The notes beneath the pieces are model-generated. The model was given only the letters and a program-made list of their open reading frames with translations. It was not told the DNA's origin and ran no database searches. Positions 41,963 through 57,004 of a stretch of DNA of 64,000 bases are shown piece by piece. How positions within the stretch are numbered: position 1 is the first letter of the stretch; every line of letters starts with the position of its first letter. The position numbers and the translations under genes are program-made. The stretch comes from Eledone cirrhosa (taxonomy: Eukaryota), in assembly GCA_964016885.1 (NCBI GenBank), contig OZ024754.1, positions 9,734,001-9,798,000 on the forward strand, written 5' to 3'.

Positions 41963-42473
41963 TATACAAGAGATACTTTTACATCATGAAGAAAGTATTA
42001 GCAAGCATTTTTTCCTTTCATTGGAAAACCTGATTAGGAGATGAAAGAGAGATCTGGTGTTACTGCAACTGAGTTCAGCCTGTAATTCAAGCTTCACTGA
42101 CTAATGCGGAAACTAAGCCAAAAGAAACATAAAAGGAGACAACAAAACAATCCAGGTTTTATCCAGATCTGACGCTACATCTAGTCTATAGAATATTGTA
42201 TGACAACATTAACTATATATATATATAATAAAGTAGTGTATGACAAAAACAACAACAACAACAACAGCAGCAACAGTAACAATAAATGTGATAGAATAAT
42301 GTATGATAATAATGGCAACATCAACTATATATATATATATACATTTATATATATATATATACATTTATATATATATATATATATATATATACATACATTT
42401 ATATATATATATAATCTAAAAAAAATCTTATATACATATATATATACATTTATATATATATATATATATATAC

Positions 42474-42510
<37 letters not shown>

Positions 42511-43276
42511 AATATATACATTTATATATATATATATATATATACATAAATATATATATATATATCATTTCATTTTACGTCCGCTTTTCCCTGCTTGCAA
42601 GGGTGGGACGGGAACTGATTCTGGCTTGATTTCTACAGCTGGATGCCCTTCCTAACACCAACCTCATTTACAGTGAGTGCTGGGTGCTTTTTTGCCGTGG
42701 CACCTCCACGACCACTTTGTAGTGGAATGATAGGGACCCCAGTCCCTATCATCTCATTTCTACAGCTGAGTAAACTGGAGCAATGTGAAATAAAGTGTCT
42801 TGCTCAAGGAAACAACACATCACCCGGTCTGAGAATTGAACTCACAACCTTTCGATTGCAAGGCCAATGCTCTAACCACTAAGCCATCGACTAAATTAGA
42901 ATTTTTATTTTTTCTATTATATTTTCCTATTACCCACTCTACTACCCTAAGTATTGAGTACTCTGGTGCGTTATGGCCCATCTGGTTCCTTAGCACAACT
43001 CCTTCGTGTTATATATATATATATGTGTGTGTGTGTGCGTATGCGTGTATGAATATATATACACAAACACACATATATATATATATGTGTGTGTGTGTTT
43101 GTGTATTTATGTGTATGTGTATGTATATTTATATTTTTATTTATATATGGATATATGTGTGTGTGTGTTTATATACTTATATATTTATAATCTTTTTTTC
43201 TTCTTCCCTCAGACTCACTTTCATATTTCTTATATTTTTGTTTTCAAATCCACATTCAATAAAAACACCAGGATTT

Positions 43277-43336
43277 TTTCATTCTGACGACTGAAAGCAG
43301 ATTTGTTTGCTTTCAAGAAACCACTGGTAAATGAAA
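43277..43336 (+). ncRNA. Type I hammerhead ribozyme
   Basis: TTTCATT-CTGACGA-C-TGAAAGCAG atttgt TTGCTTTCA-A-GAAAC-CACTG-GTA^-AATGAAA; 7-bp stem I and 9-bp stem II. Confidence 0.85.
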
Positions 43337-44102
43337 TAATTATCTTATGTTGTTTATTACATAACTATATTTATATATATATAAAATAGTGTATGACAAC
43401 AACAACAACATCAACAACAATATATACAACAAAACATATAATGAAATAATTGTTTCTACTTTTGGCACAAGGCCACCAATTACCTAGTACATTACTGGTA
43501 CTTTATTTTATCGACCCCATAAGGATGAAAGGCAAAGTTAACCTCGGCGGGATTTGAACTCAGAATGGCAAGGGCCATAACTCTATGCGTCAAAGCATGG
43601 CGTCCGACCCTCTACCGATACTGCCAATCCACCACCAAACATATAATGAAATAATTGTTTCTACTTTTGGCACAAGGCCAGCAGTGTATTACTGGTACTT
43701 TATTTTATCGACCCCTTAAGGATGAAAGGCAAAGTTAACCTCGGCGGGTTTTGAACTCAGTCCGTAAAGGGACGTAACTGTGCTGCAAAGCATGGCGTCC
43801 GACCCTCGACAATAACAACAATGAATGTAATAAAATACTGCATGACAACAACAGAAACATTAAAAACAATAAATATAATATAATATAATAATAAAAAAAA
43901 AAACAACTGATGTAACACATTCTTTGGTACAGATCACTTTTATTTTTATTTTTTTAAATATTTGTTTTATATTGTTTTTCCATTTTATTAGCGGTATAAG
44001 TGGCAACACTGGCCAAAGAACAATGTGGGAATTGTCACAGCTTTTACATTTCAACATTATTTCTTTTCTCTTTCTTCCAGTGTTATTTCTGGTTAACTCA
44101 GA

Positions 44103-44143
<41 letters not shown>

Positions 44144-44560
44144 TTTATCATTATCATCATAAGATCAGAAACAGAATAGGTTGTGTCACAGCTATCACAT
44201 TTTTTATATTCCTCAGTTTCAACCAAGGAAAGTGTTCTGATCTACGAAAACCTTTTGGAATATTTTTCGGATTTCTTTTTCCTCTTTTGCTGGAGAGTTC
44301 TATCTTTTTTGTTTATTGTTGTGGATGTTATTGTTATTTTTGCAACAATGGAAAGGGAAGCTATTTGTGGTTGAATTATCAGATCTACAGTCCTTTCACG
44401 TAGAGTCTCACCTTTTATATATTATATACATACACACATACACACTCATATATACATATATATATTTTTTATATATGAACACATACACACACACCCACAC
44501 ACATATGTATATATATATGTGTGTGCGTGTGTATGCGTGTATGAATATATACACACAAAC

Positions 44561-44606
<46 letters not shown>

Positions 44607-44643
44607 TTAGTAGACTCTGATGAAGCTTAGGATTAGAAAACAA

Positions 44644-44685
<42 letters not shown>

Positions 44686-44894
44686 ATGAGTGTATAATTA
44701 CATATATACACATAATGTTATAAATACACTATATTGTGTATATATATATATAATGTATATGCACACACATATACTTTATATATGTGTGTTTGTATGTATA
44801 TATATATATATAAATATATATATATGTGTGTGTAAAGTTAGGATAATTGGTATGAAATAAAAAAGCTGAATAAATGAAAATTAAATGAAAGAGA

Positions 44895-45520
44895 GTAAGA
44901 AAGAGGGTGAAAGTTAGATGTTTAGAGAGTAGAAAGTTAGATGAGAGAGAAAGAGAGGAGAAAGTTAGATGAGAGAGAAAGAGAAGAGAAAGTTAGATGA
45001 GAGAGAAAGAGAGGTGAAAGTTAGATGAGAGAGAAAGTTAGATGAGAGAGAGAGAGAAGAAAGTTAGATTAGAGAGAAAGAGAGGAGAAAGTTAGATGAG
45101 AGAGAGAGAAGAAAGTTAGATGAGAGAGACAGAAAGGTGAAAGTTAAATGAGAGAGAAAGAGAGGAGAAAGTTAGATGAAAGAGAGAAATAAAGTTAGAT
45201 GAGAGAGAAAGAGAGAAGAAAGTTAGATGAGAGAGAAAGAGAGAAGAAAGTTAGATTAGAGGGAAAGAGAGGAGAAAGTTAGATGAGAGAGAGAGAAGAA
45301 TGTTAGATGAGAGAGGAAGAGAGAGAAAGAGAGTAGAAAGTTAGATGAGAGAGAAAGAGAGAAATAAAGTTAGATGAGAGAGAAAGAAAGGAGAAAGTTA
45401 GATGAGAGAGAAAGAGAGGTGAAAGTTAGATGAGAGAGAAAGAGAAGAAAAAGTTAGATGAGAGAGAAAGAGAGGTGAAAGTTAGATGAAAGAGAGAGAA
45501 AAAGAGAGAAGAAGGTTAGA
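44895..45520. repeat. Purine-rich minisatellite (GAAAGTTAGATGAGAGAGAAAGAGA)
   Basis: Direct tandem units. Confidence 0.92.
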
Positions 45521-45910
45521 CAAGGAAGGTGAAAACTAAATGGAGTAAAAAATAATGAAAAATTAAGACTTTGTGAGTGTGGAATGGAGAATTAGGATCA
45601 AGTTTGATTTTATATTTCTTCTTTTTTTGTTTTTTTTATTTTAATTTTTTTTTTGCTTTTGAATAACTTCATTTTTACAATATTTTTTAAAACAATAGTA
45701 AAAAAATTATTTTTTTTCATTTTAAATTTAATTTTAATTATTATTTTACTTAAATTTTGCATTCCTTGTAAAAAAAAAAAATGTTTTCACATTTAAAAAA
45801 AAGTTTACAATTTTGCAATAAAAAGCTAAAAAAAGTTAAACCAGTTGTATAATAATAATAATAATTGTTTCTACTTTTGGCACAAGGCCAGCAATTACCC
45901 AGTGTATTAC

Positions 45911-45945
<35 letters not shown>

Positions 45946-46657
45946 GTAATAAAAAAAATGACGGTATGTAACCTTTTTTTATTTTGTTTTGCTGTTGGTA
46001 TTGCGTGATGTTACTAAATATCAGCTTTGGTTGCTTGGTACATCATCACACCGAGCAGTAACACTAAAACAAGTTGAAGCTAAGAAATTAAAGTGACTGA
46101 AATTCAGACAGTCACTTCAAGAAATAAATTTTTAAAATTAAGAAATTTGTCAATATTTTTATTATTTTTTTGTTATTCAATTTTTTTTTTTTTAAATTTA
46201 ATTTTATTTTGTTCATTTCATCAACATTGCAAATTACTTTGATATGCAAATAAGTTTGAGTGTATCCTCATGTATCTGTGATGTGTGTTGTGTACAAAAT
46301 AAATTCAACTTTGATGAGATAGATGCTAAATGAAAAGTAGCAGGGAGAGAGATGAGGTAGAAAGAGAGAGAGGGATAGAGATAGACAGAGAGCAAGAGAG
46401 AGAGATGGAGGAAAATTTCAGGATTCAAATAGAGATATACTTTTCTTTTATATCAATATATATATATATATATCATTATATATATATATATATCATTATA
46501 TATATATATATATCATTATATATATATATATATATATCATTATATATATATATATATATCATTATATATATATATATATCATTATATATATATACATATC
46601 ATTATATATATATATAATTATATATTTATATATATATCATTATTTATATATATATCA

Positions 46658-46704
<47 letters not shown>

Positions 46705-48976
46705 CATTAACTTCTCTAATACAAAGCTTTTATTAATTCTTTATGGAGAAGTAGCAGAAATGCCTGTTAAAATATTATACAGAGCTAGCTAAGTTTCAGC
46801 TGAATTAAACATAGAAGGCTTCTGTTAAGTATATTTGAAATCAAAGGCATTCATAAAACTATGGCCCCTGTTAGTTAAGTAGCGAGGATAAACTGAAATT
46901 AAAGCTGGAATTCTATTTAGAAATAAACAAATATAATATTTAATTAAGATTGCCTAATTGACTGAGAAATACTTTTTTTTTTTCATGAACCTTCAGAGCA
47001 GGTTTTTGTGTAAGTAAGGAGATGGGGAGGTGGTGATATTTGAATAGAAGATATAAAATATAGAAGTTTAAACAATAACTGATAGCATTTCTAACAGAAG
47101 TTAGCTGAATGAAATCAATTTGTGTGATTTAGCAACACTGAAAAATAAATTGCAAGGAAAAACCAAAGTTATAGTTATTAATCTGCACTAAAACTATATA
47201 TATATATATAAATATATAAATATATATATACTTGTGTGTGTATATACATATATTGAATCTTCCTTTCAAGATTTTACATTCTACTGATTCATTATCATTC
47301 ATTATTATTAGTATTTTTATTGTTGTTATTTTTATTTCTACTCTATCTGATTTTCTATTTACTTTAAAAATTGATTAATTTAAACTAAGAGGAAATTAAT
47401 TACAGGAATTAATTGTGTGCGACGGATAAGTGGGATGATGGGGAAGGAGAAAAACCAATGTAGTAGTAGTAGTAGTAGTAGTAGTAGTAATAATAGTAGT
47501 AGGAGTAAGAGTTTTTCTTGAAGCGAAATGAAGCTTGACTTTGAAAAGCTTCATAAACCCAGAAATAAATAAAAAGATGTAAAGTTATAAAATTCTATCT
47601 TTAGGAACAAAGTGAAAGCAGAAGGGAAGTTGCTAAAACATGAAACAAAAGTTTTTATTTAAAGAAAGTTCCAAGAATCCCTTGCAAGTATAAAAACAGG
47701 AAAGTATTATTGGAAGGTTCCAAAGGTATGATTTATATCATCAGAAAGCAAAGCAATAACTTTGAAAGGGAGGAAAACATCAACTTGCAACCTATCCAAG
47801 ATAGCTACAAGTAGATATTCTTGTAGAGTTTGGAGGAAAATGATTTCTAACTCTATTAAAAAATGATTTACATGAACAAAAAAAAAAAATCAATTACACT
47901 GAAGTTTTTTTTTAATGTTTGTATATATATATATATATATATTAATACCTCTGGAGCCACTTTTTTCACATAAAAACAGGTAGAATTTCCAAAACTAATC
48001 AGATTAGAGCAAACATCACGGACGCTCTATCTCAAAATTATTTTTGAAAAGCATTAGAAATGCGCAACCAGTAAAACTTAAAACCAAAACTGAATACTAA
48101 CCAATACTATTACTAATTCTCACTTATTCCTAATTAAACTATTTTTCACTGTGAACAATTTGTCAGCATTTTCTTTTCCGTTTACCAATATATATATATA
48201 TATATATATATGTATGGACCCATAACTGTTTATGGAGTTGTAGGGTGAAATGGGGGCATAGCGACATAGGGTATGTCTTAGGTATTTTAAATCTAGTGGG
48301 GCTCATCCCTTCTCCAGATCTGAACACAGCTAATTCTTTCCAGAGATGGAGAGAGAAGGTGAGAAAGAGATATAGAGGAAGAATCGACCCCCAGTACTGG
48401 ACTGATACTTTTTGTTTTATTGTCCTTGAAAAGATGAAAAGCGAAGTTGACCTCAACATGATTTGAACTCTGAGTGAAGAGGGCTAGAAGGAATACCACA
48501 AAGTATTCTATCGGACATTCTAACAACTCTGCCAATTCACCACCTTTTTAATGTTTAGGAAAAGAGAAATTTAGGATGTAATCTATATTCTTTATCTAAA
48601 AGAGAATAGTATATTCTTCGAATCTGATGGAATTTCTTTGGAGTAAAATATAAATTACAATTCCATGTCATTTTATTTTATTTTAATTAATTTTATTTTT
48701 CCTTTTTTCTTTTCTTGTCTGAATATTTTGGAAAATAGAATAGCAAGAAAATAATTGAATTTTGAGCAGTTTTAGTGAATGGCTTCTCTGCAAAGATATG
48801 TTGAATTGAGTTTGTGTCACTTTTGAAAATGGTATGGACCCCTACTTAAACAACCCCACCCCCAGCCTTAATGAGCTTGAAGGTGGGTTTTCAGGGTAAC
48901 TCAAAACAAGGCACTCCTAAACAGAAAAGTTTCATTTTAGCTACTTTAACACCATCACCTGGGAATAATATATATA

Positions 48977-49192
48977 TATAAGGAAAAAAGATGAAATCGA
49001 AAATGCAACTGGACTCTTTTTTTTTTAAAATATATTTATTTGGTTCCTTTACCGGTTTCGCAGTTCTTGTGCTTTTCAAAAGTAGAATTGAGATGGAGGG
49101 TTTGTGGTTTTCCCCACAGAAGGAACCAAATAAATATATTTAAAAAAAAAAAGACTCCAGTTGCATTTTCAATTTCATCTTTTTTCCTTATA
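48977..49192. mobile_element. Foldback element with ~73-bp arms and a hammerhead in the spacer
   Basis: tataaggaaaaaagatgaaat...ggttcctt versus aaggaacc...atttcatcttttttccttata. Confidence 0.75.
49043..49087 (-). ncRNA. Minimal hammerhead motif, U3-A8 core variant
   Basis: Reverse strand: CTT-TTGAAAA-GCA caagaac TGC-GAAAC-CG-GTA^-AAG; stem III is the palindrome ACCGGT. Confidence 0.62.
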
Positions 49193-49244
49193 CTTTCACT
49201 CGTGTAGGACACCTTGGTTTTTTCATTTTGTAAAAAAAACCCAC

Positions 49245-49275
<31 letters not shown>

Positions 49276-50611
49276 AGAAGTGTGCTAGTAGCCGAAGTGT
49301 TTGATAAAGTTATATCTGTATAAATACAGAGTGTGTAACCGAGACTGCACCAACGTGTATAAATATATACACATATCTAATATGTAGGCATGTAAACATG
49401 CCAGAAAATACGAATTTCCCTGTAAATTGAAAAAAAGATGATAAACATCTTTAATCAATTTTCAGATCTTATTGGACCAGAAGATGTGTATCTCAGCCAA
49501 TCAACCACAAGGAAACATGTATTTGATGGGTACATATATCCATTCGCTCTTAATATTATTCTGAAATTGACACATATATATGGAGAGAGAGAGCTTGATT
49601 CAGAAAAGAAGAATTTTTCATGACAAGACAAAAGTTTACACTACCTCTTTTCTTGCAACAGATTAAGGAATTTGTAGCAACAGGTTCAGTTTAAGTGGCA
49701 GTCGTTTATTTGAGATATTTATTTGTATGACCTGTACAACATGGGCACAAGAGGAAGAAGGGCAGTGAATTAAGGGCTGTTTCAGAGTCACCCAACCCAG
49801 AAGAAATATGAGATCATCTGCAACCATGTTTTAAAAAACAGCAAAGAATGAAAAATGAGAACAAACATTGAGAAAAAAGTTTGGTCTGATATAGCAATAA
49901 GCTGACATGACACTACTGGAATTGGCTGTGATTAGTTCGAGAATCAACTAAATATTTTCTGTAATGATCAAATATCTGATGAAGAAAAAAACTCATAGAA
50001 TTGAAAGCTGAGTAGAAAGCGATTTATTATATTTAAGAAGTCAACGTGAGGTATGACAAAATAATTCAACCTTACATATTAAGTACACTCATATAAAGGA
50101 TTATTCATTATTCATTTTTCCAATTTTTACTCGTCATCTGAAAAAGTTTTTTTTGCAGTTACCTCCCTTAGATAACAGTGTAATTTTTTAAAATTATTTT
50201 TATTGTTTTTTTTTAATTAGAAAGTAGGCTTCGATAGCTCTTTCAGGATGAATAAATAATATGGAAGGACAAAAGTGCAACAGTGTAATAACTACGAGCA
50301 GCTTGCAAAGGATTTCACTATGTCAGCATTGATGTGTGGTTTGGCTGTAATATTCACAACAGCGAGTTACAGCAACCATTAAATTAATCAGTGTGTGTTT
50401 GTTTTTGTTTTTTTTTATATTTTAATTGAAGAGGAATTTTTTAAGCAGAATTTTTAGACCGTTTGATAAATACATTATTATTATTATTATTATTATAGCC
50501 CAGTAAAGTAGAACTTTTAAGAACTGTCTCGAAACAGGGAGAGAGAGAGAGAGATAGAGAGAGAGAAAGAAAGAAAAAAAAAAAGGATTCATTAATAATA
50601 ATAATAATAAT

Positions 50612-51448
50612 AATGGTTTCTGATTTAAGCACAAGGCCAGCAATTTTCAGGGAGAGAGGAAAGTCGATTAAATCGACCCCAGTGTGTGACTGGTACTTTA
50701 TTTTATCGACCCCGTAAGGATGAATGGCAAAGCTAAGCTCGGTGGGATTTGAACTCAGAGAGAAGAAAGTCGGACTGAATATCACAAAGTATTCTAGCCA
50801 ACATTCTAACAACTCTAATAATAATTGTTTCTATTTTTAGGCACAAGGCCAGCAATTTCCCCAGTACATTACTGGTACTTTATTTTATCGACCCTGTAAG
50901 GATGAAAGGCAAAGTTAACCTTGTAACAACTTTAATAATAATAATAATAATAAAAATTCTCTTACAAAAGCATGATGCATGAAATTTTTAGGAAAGGGGA
51001 AAATGGGAAGTTGCAGCATTCATGCTTTTCTGAAACAAAGAAGCAAATAAAGCAGTTTCAGTCACAAATTGAAACTGGGTGATGGGCTGGATTTTATTGA
51101 GAACAATTAATGACCACCACAATAATTTATAAGAGAATATAAATAAGCATAATAATTGTTTCTACTTTTGGCACAAGGCCAGCAATTATCCCAGTGTATT
51201 ACTGGTACTTCATTTAATCGACCCTCGTAAGGATGAAAGGCGAAGCAAACTCACTACCCTAAAATAATTCAAATAATAATGATTTCTACTATAGGCACAA
51301 GGCCAGTAATTTGGGGTGAGGGTGGGGGGCGAGTGGAAAGTCGATTAAATCTACCCCAGTGTGTGACTGGTACTTTATTTTATCGACCCTGTAGAGGATG
51401 AAAGACAAAACTAACTCACTGCCCTTATATAATCCAAATCATAATAGA

Positions 51449-51484
<36 letters not shown>

Positions 51485-53775
51485 TGTTTCTACTTTTGGC
51501 ACAAGGCCAGCAATTATCCCAGTGTATTACTGGTACTTTATTTTATCGACCCCCCCCCCGTATAAGGATGAAGGATGAAAGGCAAAGTTAACCACGGCGG
51601 GATTTGAACTCAGAATGGCAAGGGCCGTAACTCTATGCGTCAAAGCATGGCGTCCGACCCTCTACCGATACTGCCAATCCACTGCCCTTCCGTGGGCGGT
51701 GGAAATAATAATAATAATGATGATGATACATGGTGTATTATCTGGAACTGTCCTGACTGAATAATATCCATTAAAATAAATGTTTTTTTAATAATAATTC
51801 TAACATATCATGGAACTTCTTTCTGTCCAATGGAGGACTGGTTGCTTAGTTTCACTAATATTAAATTCAACAACAACAATAATGATAATAATAATAATAA
51901 TAATAATTGTTTCTACTTTTGGCACAAAGCCATCAAATTACCCCCAGTACATTACTGGTACTTTATTTTATAATAATAATAATAATAATAATAATGATTT
52001 CTGATTTAAGTGCAAAGGCCAACAATTTTTTTTTTTTGGGGGGGAGATGATTAAATCAACCCCCAGTGCATTACTGGTACTCTATTTTATCGACCCCCCC
52101 CCCCCCCCGTAAGGATGAAAGGCAAAGTTAACCTCAGTGGGATTTAAACTCAGACCATAAAGGGCCGTAACTCTATGCTGCAAAGCATGGCGTCCGACCC
52201 TCTACCGATACTGCCAATAATAATAATAATAATGGTTTTTGATTTAAGCACAAGGCCAACAATTTTTTTGGGGAGAGGAGGGGAGGTCGATTAAATTAAC
52301 CCCAGTGCATTACTGGTACTTTATTTTATCGACCCCGTAAGGATGAAAGGCAAAGTTAACCTCGGCGGCGGGGTTTGAAATAATAGTAATAACAACCATC
52401 TTTCATTACATATAAATCACGAGGAACAAGTCACATGATGACCTAGCTATGTGTGTGTGTGTGTGTGTGTATGTGTGTGTGTGTGTATGTGTGTGTGTGT
52501 GTATGTGTATGAGTGTGTATGTGTATGTGTATGAGTGTGTATGTGTATGGGTGTGTGTGTATGTGTATGTATACGTATGTGTGTGTGTGTGTGCGTGTGT
52601 ATGTGTGTGTGTATGCATGTGTGCGTGTGCATGTATATGTGTGTGTTTGCGTATGCATGTGTATGTATCTGTGTATGTGTATGTATGTACGTGTGTGAGT
52701 GTGTGTGTGTGTATGTACGTGTGTGAGTGTGTCTGTGTGCATGTGTATGTATGTGTGTGTATGTGTATGTATATATGTGTGTGTACGTGTGTGGGTGCGT
52801 ATGTGTGTGCATGTGTATGTGTGTGTGTGTATGTATGCATGTGTATGTATGTATGTGTATGTATGTATGAGTGTGTGTGTGTGTATTACTGTCACCAATA
52901 AAAAGTCAGAAGAAAGATCATTTATTTTACTCTTTCCCCTTTTACCTGTTCCAGCCATCCAGCTGAGGCCATGCTGGGGCATCGCCCTTGATATTTATTT
53001 ATTTATTATTATTATTTTTGTTTTGTTTTTACAATTTCATTTGTGTCTTTAATTGGAGTTTGCAGACTTTTTTGAGAAGTGAAGAAAAAACAAGGTTATG
53101 AAAGAAATAGAAACAAAAAAGATACTGCTCTTATATTTTCTTTCGCTAAATAATTATTTCTGATTATGGCACAAGGCCAACAATTTTAGAGGAAGGGGTA
53201 AGTCGATTAAATCGACCCTAGTGCATTACTGGTACTTTATTTTATCGATCCTGAAAGAATGAAAGGCAAAGTTAACTTTGGCGCGATTGGAACTCAGAAC
53301 GTAAAGGGCCGCAACTCTGTGCCGTAAAGCATTTTGTTCGCCACTCTACCGATACTGCTAATCCACGACTCTTTTACTAAATAATTGTTTCTACTTTTGG
53401 CACAAGGCCAGCGATTACTCCAGTGCATTACTGGTATGTTATTTTATTGACCCTACAAGGATGATAGGCAAAGCTAACCTCGGTTGGATTTGAACTTAGA
53501 ACGCAAAGGGCCGCAACTCCGTGCCGTAAAGCATTTTGTTCGCCGCTCTACCGATACTGCCAATCCACGACTCTTTTACTAAATAATTGTTTCTACTTTT
53601 GGCACAAGGCCAGCAATTACCCCAGTGCACTACTGGTACTTTATTTTATTGACCCTAAAAGGATGATAGGCAAAGCTAACCTCACCTCGGCGGGATTCGA
53701 ACCCAGAAAGTAAAGGGCCATAACACTATGCTGCAAAGCATGGCGTCTGACCCTCTACGAATACTGCCAATCCAG
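50612..53775 (-). mobile_element. Cluster of more than 10 co-oriented family A SINE copies and fragments
   Basis: Repeated tgtttctacttttggcacaaggccagcaatt...aggatgaaaggcaaagt units separated by (AAT)n. Confidence 0.88.
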
Positions 53776-54258
53776 TAAATAATATAGTAAAATCTGGTAT
53801 TTTACAGCGCACTACTGGTACTTTATTAACAGGATTTATTAAAGCTAAAATTATTGAATTAATTTATTTTCTTTCTTACTCTCCATTGTCAAGAGGCTCC
53901 TATCAATGGAATTTACTGTTCTGCATATTAATATATTTCATATCTTCTCCAAATATATCATTATTTTCCATAGCTGATATCAATTTTTTTTTTTTAAACT
54001 CAAAAATGTATTAAGATGCTTGGAAATTACACACAAACATATATATATATATATATACATACACACACACACACATATATATATATATGAATATATATTA
54101 TATATATATATATATAATATATATATATTATATAAATATACATATACAATGTATGTGTGTATAGATATATATATATATATTCGAGGGGAGCAGGAGTTGG
54201 AGAAGGGCTGAAGAATGATTAGTAACATGTGAGACGAGAGAGAGAGAGAGCGAGAGAG

Positions 54259-54302
<44 letters not shown>

Positions 54303-54892
54303 TAAGCAAGCGAGTGAGTAAGGGTATTTAGTTATATGTGATAGGGGGACTACAAAGGAAAGATAAGCAGCAGTCTTATAAGTTACTCCTCTCGAAAGTC
54401 AAGTTAAATCACTTACAGTAGAAAAAAAAAAAAAAAAAAATTGAAAGACAAAGATGTGGCAGTATGTTTAAAGAAATAAAAAAAAAAGGTATAATAGTAA
54501 TGGTATTAGCACTAGTAGTGCCACCAAGTAGAAGTAACAGTAACTTTTATTTTTATTTGTTAGGTTGATATTTTTATCTATTGCAAAAAAAAAAAAAAAA
54601 AAAAGAATAAAAAAAAAAGAGTTCAGAGACTAACATTGAATTGAAGAAAATTGAAGATCAATGTTGAGCACACTGTATATGTAAATCTGTTTTATAGATA
54701 ATATTGATTATTGATAAATAGTAGTTGGGTGGTTGTTTTAGTTGTTGGTCAGTCATAGTGATAGAACATTTTAAAAATAGATATATGGCTAAAGAAATGA
54801 AGAAGAGCGAAGGATGTGATCATCCGTCCACCCCACTCCACCTCAAATTGGATTAAACATATACTGTGTTTAACTTTGTTTTGTTTTTTAGA

Positions 54893-56670
54893 GTACTATA
54901 TACATATTCTATATGTATATATAGTATCATATGAGTAAAATACTATATACATATTCTATATGTGTATATAGTATCATATGAGTAAAATACTATATACATA
55001 TTCCATATGTATATATAGTATCATATGAGTAAAATACTATATACATATTCTATATGTATATATAGTATCATATGAGTAAAATACTATATACATATTCTAT
55101 ATGTATATATAGTATCATATGAGTAAAATACTATATACATATTCTATATGTATATATAGTATCATGTGAGTAAAATACTATATACATATTCCATATGTAT
55201 ATATAGTATCATATGAGTAAAATACTATATACATACTCTATATGTATATATAGTATCATATGAGTAAAATACTATATACATATTCCATATGTATATATAG
55301 TATCATATGAGTAAAATACTATATACATATTCCATATGTATATATAGTATCATACGAGTAAAATACTATATACATATTCTATATGTATATATAGTATCAT
55401 GTGAGTAAAATACTATATACATACTCTATATGTATATATAGTATCATATGAGTAAAATACTATATACATATTCTATATGTATATATAGTATCATATGAGT
55501 AAAATACTATATACATATTCCATATGTATATATAGTATCATATGAGTAAAATACTATATACATATTCTATATGTATATATAGTATCATATGAGTAAAATA
55601 CTATATACATATTCTATATGTATATATAGTATCATATGAGTAAAATACTATATACATATTCCATATGTATATATAGTATCATATGAGTAAAATACTATAT
55701 ACATATTCTATATGTATATATAGTATCATATGAGTAAAATACTATATACATATTCTATATGTATATATAGTATCATGTGAGTAAAATACTATATACATAT
55801 TCTATATGTATATATAGTATCATATGAGTAAAATACTATATACATATTCTTTATGTATATATAGTATCATATGAGTAAAATACTATATACATATTCTATA
55901 TGTATATATAGTATCATGTAATTAAAATACTGTATACATATTCTATATGTATATATAGTATCATATGAGTAAAATACTATATACATATTCTATATGTATA
56001 TATAGTATCATATGAGTAAAATACTATATACATATTCTATATGTATATATAGTATCATATGAGTAAAATACTATATACATATTCCATATGTATATATAGT
56101 ATCATACGAGTAAAATACTATATACATATTCTATATGTATATATAGTATCATATGAGTAAAATACTATATACATATTCTATATGTATATATAGTATCATA
56201 TGAGTAAAATACTATATACATATTCCATATGTATATATAGTATCATATGAGTAAAATACTATATACATATTCTATATGTATATATAGTATCATATGAGTA
56301 AAATACTATATACATATTCTATATGTATATATAGTATCATATGAGTAAAATACTATATACATATTCTTTATGTATATATAGTATCATATGAGTAAAATAC
56401 TATATACATATTCTATATGTATATATAGTATCATATGAGTAAAATACTATATACATATTCTATATGTATATATAGTATCATATGAGTAAAATACTATATA
56501 CATATTCCATATGTATATATAGTATCATATGAGTAAAATACTATATACATATTCTATATGTATATATAGTATCATATGAGTAAAATACTATATACATACT
56601 CTATATGTATATATAGTATCATATGAGTAAAATACTATATACATATTCTATATGTATATAGTATCGTGTG
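54893..56670. repeat. 47-bp minisatellite, ~38 copies, each unit a hairpin
   Basis: AGTAAAATACTATATACATATTCTATATGTATATATAGTATCATATG. Confidence 0.97.
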
Positions 56671-57004
56671 AGTTGTTTGTGTGAAGCAAAAGAAAGGTTT
56701 TTTTTTCATTCTAATGGACCATTTAATGGATCTTTGCCATGCTGACTTTGGTAAATCCTATATAGAGTAGAAACTTTAAACAGTTGGACAAGGAAAAGGG
56801 AGGTGGAGGAGGGGAATTTTGGGATTGTTCTGGTGAACTCTCCATCGGACTGCGATAAATCTAGAGAAGTGATGGGGGGGGGGGGGGGCTAGGGAGAGTG
56901 GAGGTCAGAGAAAGGGAACAGATATTACAAGGGAGCAAGCAAACAAATTAAAAGTGAAATAAAACGCACAAAATCTTATCAATGTATTCTTTTCTTCTTT
57001 TCAT

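Noticed and set aside
44612-44645. CTGATGA...GAAA
   Set aside because: No convincing stem II, stem III or stem I partner; runs into (TA)n.
49970-50030. CTGATGA...GAAA; also CTGANGA matches near 8506, 9244, 29818 and 47740
   Set aside because: Required helices cannot be formed; likely chance matches.
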